Positions 25,101 to 38,126 of a DNA stretch of 64,000 nucleotides are shown piece by piece. Where the stretch lies: positions 59,830,001 through 59,894,000 of the forward strand of contig OX597819.1 of NCBI GenBank assembly GCA_951406725.2, given 5' to 3'. Source of the stretch: Octopus vulgaris (lineage: Eukaryota). The notes under the pieces were generated by a model. That model saw only the letters and a program-made list of their open reading frames with translations, ran no database searches and had not been told where the DNA came from. A program made the position numbers and the translations under genes. The first letter of the stretch is position 1. Each line of letters begins with the position of its first letter.

Positions 25101-28100
25101 TTAGCCTCTCAGTACCTGGCAGAACACCTTCCTCTCAAATACCCTACATTATTCAGTCAAAGGGGCTTTTTCCCTTTTCCTGTTCTTTGCTTCTCTTAAA
25201 AGTTACTTGGCAACCTCACTAGTGCCAGTAGCATGAGAAAAACACATCACAAAGAGCATTAGGAAAGACATCCAGCTGTAGAAACCATGGCAAAGCAGAC
25301 ATTGGAGCTTGACACAGCTATATGGCTGAAATCCTGTCAAGCCATCCAACCCATGACAGCATGACAAGTTAGATGTCAAATGGTGATGATGTTATCTCAT
25401 TTCTACTGATAGAGTTAACTGTTATAATAGTGACAACATCATAATAGTAGAAGGCTTTCAAACTCCCACCATCTCTAGTAATGGAGTAGTGGTATTTCAA
25501 ATACATAGCAAATATTATTTGTTTTAGCTGATAATTCAATAATTTATAATTGCATCTCAAATGCTTTGTTCCTTGTGCACTCGAAATAAAATTTAGATAA
25601 CAATATATATTTTCGAGGTTTATAGTCTTATGTTCGGCTGTTGATTGGTTCCAACATTTTATGCACTTAGCCATTTTGATGTTGCTGTTTTTGTTTGCCC
25701 CCTTTCAATGCACAAAACTTTGAGGTTTCACCTACAGGCCTGTCAAGAAGCTTGGCTGCCCTGTGGCTTTGGCCCATTTGGAAAGAGGCCTACAAGAGGT
25801 GAGAGTGTGAGATTGTCTTCAAAGACCACCGAACATCATTGAAATAAAATCTTTATCATTGACTTCATTACTACAAGCAAACAATCAAATTCATTAATAA
25901 GATGCAATTATGACAAAGTTAGAAACAATTATTGCTCTTTTTTTATTTGTGTATATTTTATTCTATTTTTATTCTTTTACTCCTCAGGTTTATGAGGCTA
26001 TAATAGAAGATAAAGGTAAAGATTTTGTCTTCTTCCGTTTATCATCCAAAAGTGTATGTGATCTTCAACTGAAAGCTGATCAAGAATTAACAGCTCATGT
26101 AAGCCTCAGTTTTATTACTATTATTATTCCTCCTTCGTAACACAGTGTAGGTAAAATTGCACTGGAATCTTTAGTCATCTGTCAAGTTACAACAAGGCTT
26201 TCAGACAGATAATACTTTCTTTAAGATGTGTACTGTGCCCAGTAATGCTGCTTTTTGCAAGATGCTAATCTTGCATGGGATTTCCAGTTGCCTTAAGAAG
26301 CTATTATTATTATTGTTATTATAATTTTTATTATTATTGAACAAGAGAGCAGCACATGCCATCAAAGTGATACTGGGGTACAAATACACAAAGCCCAATA
26401 TAAGCATCTTGATTGCCCATCTGATAAGGCTACACCAGGTACATGCATCACAACCATGTGTGTACGACATGGTGATCTCATATCAAGATAAACAACACTT
26501 GACCTTATGGGTGGGGCCCAGTTAGAATTTTCTTCAGGTCAAGTAGCCCATCCCACTCAAAAGGTCCCTGAATAAGGTTTGTTTAAGAATGATGAATGAA
26601 ACACCCATGTTTCCAGAGGTGAATTATCCAAATCCCAAAGAATTCCTCTCAGCATATGGCTATGATGCTCCCCTACTACTTCTACTCATGATCAGAGAGG
26701 CACATAATGTCAGCCACTAAGGGACATGCACAACTGGTTACGGTCAAACAACTGACAAGCAAATCTGTGGTATTGTGCAGAATATATTTGCTGTAGTCCA
26801 TTTTTTTTGCCAAGACAAAACACGTACATGTTAACACTTCCAATCAGATAAGATCAAAAGCCATGAGAGCCAATACCTGGGATTATTATTATTATTGTTG
26901 TTGTTGTTATTAAGGCAATGAGCTGGCAGAACTGTTAACATGCTGGGTAAAATGCTTAGCAGCATTTTATCTGTCTTTACATTCTGAGTTCAAATACCAT
27001 CAAAGTTGACTTTGCCTTCATCCTTCCGGGCTTGATAAATTAAATACCAGTGCTGAGTAGTTGCTGCTAGGAAGGGCATCTAGCTGTAAAAATCTTATCA
27101 AAACAGTCGCAAAAGTCTGGTGCTGGCTTCTGCCTGGCTGGCTCTTGTGAAACTGTCCCACCCATGCTAGCATGGAAGGCAGATGTTAAACGACGACGAT
27201 GATGATGAAACACTGGGGTTGATGTAATCAACTAGTCCCCTCCCCACAAACTTCAGGCCCCTGTCCCTATAGTAGAAAAGATTATTATTGTTGTTATTAT
27301 TATTATTATTATTATTATTAAGACAGCAAGCTGGCAGAATAATTAGCATGCCAGACAAAATGCTTAGTGGTATTCCGTCTTTACATTCTGAGTTCAAATT
27401 TTGTCGAGGTCAGCTTTGCCTTTCATTCCTTCGGGGTCAATAAATTAAGTACCAGTTGCGTACTGGGGTCGATGTAATCAACTGCCTCCCCCCTCTACCA
27501 AAAATTTCAGGCCTTGTGCCTGTAGTAGAAAGGATTATTATTATTACTACTACTACTACTAATAATAATAAAAGCACTGGTCTTGGTACCACATAAAAAG
27601 CATCCAATACACTCTGTAAAGTGATTGACAGTTAGGTAGGGCATCCAGCTGTAGATAAAAATCCTGCTAAAACAGACAATGGTGGCAAGTGTGGATCCCG
27701 GCCATACCAGCTCTTGTCAAAGCATCCAACCCATGCCAACATGGAAAACAGACATTAAATGATAATAATGATGGTTGTTGTTATCATTTTATTCATCATG
27801 AACATCATTATTATCGTTTAATGTCCACTTTCTATGCTAGCATGGATTGGACGATTTGACTGAGGACTGGCAAACCAGATGGCTGCACCAGGCTCCAATC
27901 TTGATCTGGCAGAGTTTCTACAGCTGGATGCCCTTCCTAATGCCAATGCCCTACTTTTTCAATATTGCTGGTTCTGCATTTTGTGCTTGAAATATCTATA
28001 ACATTGAATGTGGATGATGGTTACAATGTACTTTATTTATCAGATTCACATTTGTTTTGGATTGAAAGGTGTGAAAATAAATATTGATTTCTTTAATGTT

Positions 28101-31100
28101 TACAAAAAGAAAAAAAAAACAAAGGGATTTCTATACAAGATACTTCACCTCTTTTAACTCCAGGTGCAGTTTCAGTTGAATCGGTTACCTAAATGTGAAA
28201 TGCATCATGCCATTGATAACTTACCTGATCTGGATATTGTATTCCCCCATATGTCACACGCTCCTAGTGTTCCCTGGGAAATTGATAGGTAAGTCACCCT
28301 TTAGATTTCCTTTAAATATTTCGTTTTTGTATTTGGTTTACAAGATTCTTGATGTGAACTCCTGTGTTGAAACAGGTTTAGTTGTATTTCAGGAGGGTCA
28401 TTATGCTTATGATAAACACACACACTGGTTCTATTTCACTTATTTAATTATTTATTTGTTAATTAATTAACCAGTGGCTGTGTGGTAAGAAGCTTGTTTC
28501 CCAACCACACGGTTCTGGCTTCAGTCCCACTGCGTGGCACCTTGGGCAAGTGTTTTCTACTATAGTATCAAGTTGATCTAAGTCTTGTGAATGGATTTGG
28601 TAGATGGAAACTGAAAGAAGCTTGTCATGTGTGTGTGTGTGTCTGTCTGTCTCTCTGTCTATGTTCCACCACCGATTGGCAGCTGGTGTTGGTGTGTTGA
28701 TGTCCTGTAGCTTAGCAGTTCAGCAAAAGAGAATGATAGAACGAGTACCAAGCTTAAAAGATAAAATTAACTTCTCAACTGTTTGATTATTTGTTCAATC
28801 AATCAATAAGATTAAAGTCATTTCATTGCTATTCACAGCCTTGTCATTGTCATACCTTCTCTGTTTCAGTCTGTATAAGAAAACAAAATAGTCATTTGTA
28901 CATATGAAAACTAGTAATCTTTCGCCTGAAATAAAAAAAGCAGAAGTACATGTTGAACAATTCAACAACAAGCCACAATTATTATTGTTTGGAAAGTATC
29001 ATATTCACCTTACACCGACAATTCTTTTTGAATTTGGGATAGTTGGTCTTTATGTATGATATTTTCTCTTTGAAAACCCTTGACACATATCAGTTCATGG
29101 TTGCTTATGTAATTACAGAAGTAGAGAACTGCTAGAACAGACATCAGTAAACTGTGGTCTGTGAGACTTTCTGAAAGAAGGCATGACTATTGAAAAATTA
29201 CCTTGAATTTTTTTTAGTAGTATGGTTCCCCTGATGATGAGCCATGTCTCATGTGGCTTGCTTTTCAAAAGGTTGCTTGTTCCTGATCAAGATTACTTCA
29301 AGAATGGTTTTCAGTATTACAGCAGCTATTTACTGATAGCAAATAGTTGCTGTAGCTGGTCACTTCTTCTCCAATTTCATAAGGAATCATGTATTAATTT
29401 AGAGTTTTTTAAGTTTTCAAATTGGTCTAAAGAGTTATGGATCTATAAGAATTGTGTGAGAGCTGCAGTGTTGTATGGGAGTGAGACATGGTGTCTGGGG
29501 GAGAGAGAGATGGTAATTTTGAGAAGGACCGAGAGAGCAATGGTGAGAGAAATGTGTGGGGTGAAGCTGTTTGATAAGAGGAGGACTGAGGATTTGATGG
29601 AACTGCTGGGATTGGAGGCAAAAGTGAATGGAGTGAGGTGGTATGAGCATGTGTTGAGGAGGGACGATGAGCATGTTCTGAGGAGGGTGATTGCATTTGA
29701 GGTAAATGGAGTGCGAAAGTGAGGTAGACTTAGGAGAAGGTGGAGGGGACAGGTGGAGGGGACAGGTGGAGGTGGAAATTGGGAGGGTTGGTTTGGAAAA
29801 GGAGGATGCCCACAACTGGGCAAGATGATGAGATGGTGTGAGGGCAGTTGCTATGACATTGAGGTAGATCTGTTAACAGGGACAAAACCCAGATTTAAAA
29901 CACTGGATGATGATGATGAAACTATAAGTATCATAAATGAAGGTTCAGGCATGGCTGTGTGGTTACGAAGTACACTTCATAATACTGTGGCATTGGGTTC
30001 AGTCCTACTGCATGGCACCTTGGGTAAATGTCTTCTACAATAACTCCAAACCAACCAATGCTTTATGAAGAAATTTGGTGAACAGTAACTACAAGAAACC
30101 TCTGCTTATTTATTCTGGAAAATATATTCAGTTTTGTTATGAGGCTTTTTTTTTTATGGAAGCCAGCTGAATGACAAGGCATAAAACCCATGGATCTATC
30201 TTCCTAATTATACTGTGTTTACATCTAATGAAGGACCATCTCTGATGGAGTGAATAGTGTTGGTAAAGAAATGTTCTATTACTTAAAGAAACAGTTATGA
30301 GAAACATATCTTCCCCAAATTTTTGACTCATAAAGAAGAATCTGAAGATCATTTCATGATGCATTAACATTTTTGGTATTTCAGATCAGGATTCATTGAA
30401 TTTTTGCTTCTTCTTTTTTTCAGTTCTTTGGAAGGTCTGCTTGATTCCCGGGTGAATGAGAAACAACGACAAGCTATTGCAGGAATAATAGCGGATTCTA
30501 ATGGTGTGCGTTTACCACCTTTATTGTTGCTTGGGCCTTATGGAACAGGAAAGACCTTCACACTTGCCCAAGCTGCCAAACTTGCCCTTCAGAAGAAAGG
30601 AACTCGAATAATGATCTGTACCCATTCAAATAGGTAATTTTAAAACCGTTTTTCTAAATTACGTTACAATAACATTGACATATGATACTAATAATGTCAT
30701 ATAATCATCTATTTTATTATTGATTAGATTCTAATATTTTTTCAGGGTTAAGTGTTCCCCTTTTCTCTATTTATTAAATCACATCACAGTATTGACCAGG
30801 CCATCAAATGCTGTTACACATCACTGGTCACAATGTACTTCCAATTTTGTCTTGATTGTGCCATTCTTTTCCATCTTAACCCAAACTGCTCAACCAAATT
30901 GTCTTCCTATTGTCATAATAAATTATGATCATTTTCAATAATTTCTATCTTCTACAATCAATGATCTTTCAGAGTGGATTTCACCTTTAAAAAAAATAGT
31001 GCACATGGGATAAATTTGAAGATAAGTGCAACTAGGGAAGGAAAGTTGTCTTGCACTTTGCGAAAATATCATGGATAAAAAGTGACACATAAGCAGGTGT

Positions 31101-34100
31101 TTCATTGTGATGCAGAATTCAGGTTTTGTTTGTCCATGTCTCAGGTTTCTCTTCTGACATTGCCTCTTACGAATACCTCAGCACATTGAAGTAAAATTCT
31201 TTACTGATTTTCTGACCACATGGAACAGACACATGATGAACAGCACCCTTCCTGTCACAAAAGATGATTAACATCACCACCAAATTATACTGATTCTGAC
31301 ATACTTTATTTTAGATATCAGTGACAGAGACAGTATTGTTATGATTTCAGCATGGTTTGTGCTTCATCAACAACTGGTATTTTTCTAACACTGCATACTG
31401 GTCAAATCTCTCTTCCACCATTATATAGAGAATCAGCAACTATTTATTTGATGGCTTTGCTAACAGCTGGCAGAGCAGGTAAAAATCAGATAGCAATGGA
31501 GGCAATATTATTACTGAATAGCAACCTTTATATCCTACTTAACATGGATATATAATACTGCCGTATTCACCCTGAGAGAGTTTCACATATAGATGTCTTG
31601 TGTATGTAAATACCAATATTGGTAGCAGATGAGAATTACCAAGCACCAGTGGTGTAACCGTTGTATCATGTGATTTCAGTGTCTTGCACTTTGTCAGCAA
31701 CTGGTTTCTGCTAACATTACATGCTGGTCATGGCAACAATGACCCAGCCCTTTGTGATGACACCTTTTTTACTTCAGCTTTATTGATTTCATTTCCTACT
31801 ACGACACTTCTCAGAAAGTTTTCATTTCTTGTGTTTGTCTATTAGCAAACACAACACAAATTTTGTGACCACTCAAACCATTTTCTTTTAATATTATGTA
31901 ACACAACGATGCTATATACATCTCACTAAGGCAGCGAGCTGTAGAATTGTTAGCAAGCCTGACAAAATTCTAAGCATCATTTCATCCATCTTTGCATTCT
32001 GAGTTCAAATTCCATTGGTGTCAACTTTGATATTCATCCTTTCTATGTTAATAAAATAAGTACCAGTTGAACCCTGAGGATTGATGTAATGGACTTACTC
32101 CCTCCCCAGAAATTGCTGGCCTTGTGCCAAAATTTGAAACCACTATCATGTGACACAAACTTTACAGGTGTCTGCTTCTTCAGAAACTGCACAGACAGTC
32201 AGGTGGTGATTTTCATAAATTACTGCATGCACTGATGTGATGTGATCATCATTTGTTGTTATGGAATTTCATTCAAGTTTTGGATCATTTTGGAGGATAT
32301 CCTTCCTGATTTGAAGGATGCCAATGCACCCTTTGTGACATTGTGTATGACTCAATCTTCCCATTTGTTGTGTTACACCACTGGAAAGTGCTTCATAAAA
32401 GCATTTAAAAAATTTGAATTACATTTTCACAGAAACATGTTACTCTTTCAAATCTTTCATTGTTCAACTTATGACATATCACCAAAACATAGGTTCTTTC
32501 TATCATGTGTAAATCAGTGACTAACTGATGTAGCATGATGTGACTGTTATTAGACTGAAGGCCAAGATTACTCGTACATGAATCTTTATTCACAAGAAGG
32601 CTTGCACTGGCCGAATAGCATGCTGTTTTAAAGTCTGGTTTCTTATGTAGACAGACTTTGTACAAGTAATATAATTTTAATTATTTCAGAATTACTACTA
32701 ATCTGTATTATGTAACATTTATTTATTTAATGTTTTTGCATTGTTTTATCTAGTGCGGCTGATCTGTACATTAAAGAATTTTTCGACCCTTATGTAACAA
32801 GTGGACACCCTGAAGCACGACCTCTCCGTATCTATTTCCGTAAACGATGGGTACTCACTGTTCCTAGCTCAGTGATCAAGTACTCATTACTGCAGCCTGA
32901 TTCAACATTCCGAGTCCCCACAGTTGAAGACTTGAAAAATCATCGAGTTATTATAACAACTCTTAATCAATCTCGAATCATTTATGATTTGAATTTGGGT
33001 CCAGGTATGATTGAATTCTCAATTTTTATTTTTCACTTCTTGTTTTTAAAATTACACTTTGCAACTGGCTGCATTTGATTTAAAATTTTGGTATAATGTT
33101 CTGATATTTTTTGATATCTTCTGATATTTTTTAAAGACAGCCAAACATTTAAAAATTTGTTGAAATATATTCATATTTGGTTGTTTGTTTTCTTCAGATT
33201 TTTTCACACACATTTTCCTTGATGAAGCTGCTCAAGTCATGGAAACTGAAAGTCTTATCCCATTGGGTCTTGCTGGAGTGAATACAAAAGTAGTCTTAGC
33301 TGGAGATCATATGCAAGTAAGTGGAAAGTTTTAATGACATACATTTTTTAAAATAATTTTTTAAAACTGTCTTTATGTATGTCAACATCCCTGTGCCTTA
33401 TTTGGAATTAAATATATTTGATATTCATTTGAGTGTCACTAAATTTAATATCATTATTATTATTATTATTCAGATGAGTCCCGAGATATATGCTGATTAT
33501 GCTCGGCAGAGAAATTTTCACCGCTCATTGCTTGAAAGACTTTATGAAGACTATCCCATAGAGTCTCCTTGTAGGATTATGCTCCATGAAAACTATCGTT
33601 CAACCATTGAACTTGTAAACTTCACATCTAGTCTTTTTTATGATAACAAACTAATTTCGGCGGGGCAGGAATCACGCCATCCCCTCTACTGGCCATTTAC
33701 GTTTTTCACTGCTAAAGGTGAAGAAGTACAGCACCAAAATAGTACAGGATTCTTTAATATTGCAGAGGTGAGTATTCTTTGATTCTTTTCACTGGTTTTA
33801 GCGATTGATTTGTGGCCATACTGGAGTGCACCTATCTAGGGAGTATAATTGATTAAAGCAACTTCAGGTAGACATAGGATGAATTTAAACTCTGAATGTA
33901 AGGGGAGATAAACAAATACTACGTGGTATTCTTTCTAGTGTTCTCTGGATTCTGCTATTGTATATTTATAATTTATGTTGTTACCATCAAAGATTCATAG
34001 ATTTTTTTCCTTTTGAAGAAAGTGTCCATTGGTATTCTCTAATTTTGAATTAATAACTGGATAGGATGAATGTGGAGTACTTGTACAGAATTGGTCTTGC

Positions 34101-37100
34101 TGTTTAAAGGCAGGATATTAAAGATCATGTTGTATAAATTACAAATGCCAATTTATTAAATGTTGGTTGTTTCTTTTTCTAAAAAGGAACACTTTGTACA
34201 CAGGATAAAGAAGTGTGACTCCATAAATTATAGGAGGGCTTAATAAATTTGATTTATTCAAAGAAATATAAGCTTTAACATTTCAAGCTTTGCTCTTTGT
34301 ATGAGAGTGAGAATCGAGAAAACATAGTGTTGTAGTTATCAATCAAACTCTCCTGTTGACTTAGTGTTGTTAATGCAGACCATTTACTTATCCCTGAAAA
34401 CTCAGCTCCAGATATTTTTCTGTCTATTTAGGTTCAGTGAGTAATATTACTACTGTTTTGTTGTTGAATTGGTTCCAGTAAAGCATATGAATGAATTTGA
34501 GGATCACGTTATCGTCATTGCTTTTACTTCACTTTTTTTCTTGCTGGTATAGGTGTATGGTTGAGAAGCTTGCTTCCCAACTATGTGATTTTCAGTTCAG
34601 TTCCACTGTGTGGAACCTTGGGCAAATGACTCGTATTAAAGCCCCAGGTCAACCAAAGCCTTGCGTGTGAATTTGATGAGCAGAAACAGAAAGAAGCCTG
34701 TTTGTGTGTGTCCTTGCCTTGACATCATGTGATGGTTGCAAATGAACATCACCATCATGTAAATGATATTTTTCATTTCTAGTGTGAAAAACATGTCAGG
34801 CCTTGGGGAAATACCACCTTGCTTGGAAACAGGTGATGATTGGCAATAGGTAGGACACCTGGCCATAGAAAATCTGCTTCAACAACTAGCATGAGGAAGT
34901 GAATATTAAATGCGATAATGTTTTAGTTGCACGACTTTTTGTAGTTCACACCATCTTATTCATGCAGCAACAAAGAAAACCTCTGACTGTGACTAACTTC
35001 ATTGGTGTTGTGTAAGTCATTCAGTGTGTAATGGGAGCATTTTACCTTGTATCAGTTCTTATTTAGACTTACTGTCAACCAAGGCAAATATGCAATGTGG
35101 CTTGTAGAGTCTTCATTCTTGCATTTCATTTTCTATATCGACCATCTACTGATTGGAAAACTACATTATTCATCTCAAAGTGACTGAAATATTATAGTTA
35201 TAACTTATATTCTAAAGTTAACAACTTAGAATTAAAAGATACAGTCAACTGTGTTAAAGGATTAATGCATCGCTTAAAAAACTCCCTGTCATACTAATTA
35301 TCGAGTTTTTAGAGGGTAATCAAAATGTAGTTTCATAAATTCAAGCTGTATTTCAAATCTCAGTGAAAATGGTTTTATTTTTAGGTTTATGAGGTGGCAG
35401 AAAGAGTCACAGAATTAGTGAAAAGTTGGCCCGCTGAGTGGGAGCCATTTGGTGAAAACAGCATTGGTGTGGTAACTCCCTATGGTGACCAAGTAAGTAT
35501 GTTCTTATACTTAATAAAATTGGAAATATTTTCAGAGAGATTAATAATTCATCCATTAATCAGAGCCCTTTGTAAATGTTCCCCCACTTTTTTTTTGTAT
35601 CCCATTTGCTTCTTCCAAGAAAGATAGATATAACAGATAAGCTATGGAGCCTCTTGTAAAGAAGGCTTGGTGAGAAGGGAGGGATAAGTTTAGTATTGTT
35701 AATATAGATTTTTTTTAAGATTTGCAGAAATATTCAAGTGTGAAAATTATTAATATGAGAGATATGATTAATTAAGCCTTTCGTTACTGTATTTATTTTG
35801 AGAAACTCTGTTTCTTTCAATCATTTTTAAATATAACAAAGAATTTAGTAAAATAACTAAGTTATCATTCAGCTAGTGTTAGGAACATAAATTGTGGCTA
35901 AGGTTTGGTGAAAGATTTTAATTCAAAACTTATGAAAACAAAACATTTGTACTACAGAGCCAGAGCCGGTTTTGGCTGGGTTGGTAATGAAAGGGTTACT
36001 GGGGTCTAATCAATACAAACAGCTAATTAAATCAGCTGTGTCTTTGTGTCTGTATGTTCTATATTTTACTAATCAACAAATATAATTTCAGGTACAAAAA
36101 ATAAGAACAGAACTCCGAAAACGAGATTTAGGTGGTGTTTCTGTTGAAAGAGTTGTAAATGTTCAAGGTAAAGTTGCCTAATCATTTCTTGATAATGTTT
36201 ATATACACACATTTTAAGAATCATAAGGAAAGACAATTCTTTGATTCCAGTTAGTGACATCCGTTTTATATAGAAATATTTTTAAATATTTGTCGAAATT
36301 TATCAAAATAATTACTGTTTGTCATTTGGATTAGTAATGTAAGAATCTAAAAGTAGACTTGTAAAATATTAAAAAATTTTATTTCGCTTTTTATTTTAGA
36401 ATTAAACTATTTTGATATGACCTTAGAATTTGAGATTGTGTTTATCTTAACAGCCCTACTTATGCCAACATTAAAAGAAACCATTTAAAACTTAAATCTA
36501 AATGAATAAAACATAAAATTTACTCATTCTCAGCTAGGCTAATAATTTAAATGAAAATATAATCTTTTAATCCAGGCAAACAGTTCAGAGTAATAGTACT
36601 GAGTACTGTGCGTACAAGACACACATGTAGTACAGAAGGAAATTTGGAAGACATAATCGACTATGGTTTCTTGTCTAATGTCAAACTCTTGAACACTGCA
36701 ATCACTCGGGCCCAGTCACTTGTTGCTGTTATTGGAGATCCTGTGTCTCTTTGTCTTGTCGGAAAATGCAGGTAATATAAATGTGGATTCTATTACCTCC
36801 CCTGATTCCAGGACTTCTTTCAAAAGACTAAAACACAAAAATGTAGATGCACACATTTTAAATTTTTAACGAAAGTTCCTTTCTTTGCTCCCAGTGATAT
36901 ATGTTGATAATCTAACAGTCTGATTTAAGTTGTCAATATTGTAATGATGCAATAGTTCTATTTTTACTTGTGAACTTAACAAAAAAAAATCATTTCAAAG
37001 TAGCTACCAACATTTCTTCAGATATCAGAACATTAACAAAAGACCCCCCCCCCCATTGAATTTGGCTGCTGCGGCTTTCTGTCTATATCAGTGCGCTATT

Positions 37101-38095
37101 TCCTGCAGAAGATGGGTCTGGAACCCAGACAACTGAAGAAAACCATCAAGGAAATAGGCACAGCAGCTGAAACTAGCCCAAGATGGCTATGATTGATAAA
37201 AACCGCAAGTGGAACCTTTCCCTAAGTGGAGACTAGCTCAGTCCTTGCTGCCTCACTCAGGTGAAGCATACAGGCTATTGTGCGAAACACTTATTCCCAA
37301 GAGATACCTGCTGATGATATGGAAGGGTTTCCAGCAATGCAATGGATTTAGAAGAGCTAGCAAAACCTCCGAGTTGCTCCTGCAGTTTCTGTGTGAAGCA
37401 AAGCAAATCGGATCTTTATTCCATTTCACAATAAGCTATATTGAGATTTCTTCAGTGACCTCTTTTACATTATGCTATCTTCAATAATTTTAATTTTTTT
37501 CTCTAAAATTATCACCACAATATTTTTCTTTTTCCACAGAAAAATCTGGGAACATTTATTGGAGGCTGCTACAAAAAATGGTAGCTTAATCGGAATGAGT
37601 TGGACTCAACTCAGAGGCCAGTTGGATGGAGCTGAAATAAAGAAGACCTATGTTCTCAATCCTTTAGCACCAGAATTTGTCCCAAGTCGCCAGCTACGCT
37701 CTCATCTTTTAGATGACGAACCTTTTTTTGATCCTGCTGTGATTAATCCATATGGACCAATAAAAGTTCCCACATTCTCCACTATGCCCTTCTATTCCCG
37801 ATATTCATACCCGCTGTACCCTCAGGTAAGTATATACATATATATATCGTCAGTAAGCCAGAAATCCAAAACAGAAGCACACTCTAAGTTATAGAGATGT
37901 AGAATATATAAAGATAGACATGGCCGGTCTATGGGGTTATCCTGGATTTCACATCCATAAAGCGCTTAGCTTTACAGCGTTTCTTCATACATTAAACCTG
38001 TTGGCCTATGGCCTCTCATGCTGTAAAGCTAAGCGCTTTATGGACGTGAAGCCCAGGTTAACCCCATAAACCAGCCATATCTATCCTTATCTGTA

Positions 38096-38126
<31 letters not shown>

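Noticed and set aside
18938-33010. U12-type introns at donors starting GTAT (18938, 20301, 24248, 33005)
   Set aside because: None has the GTATCCTT consensus
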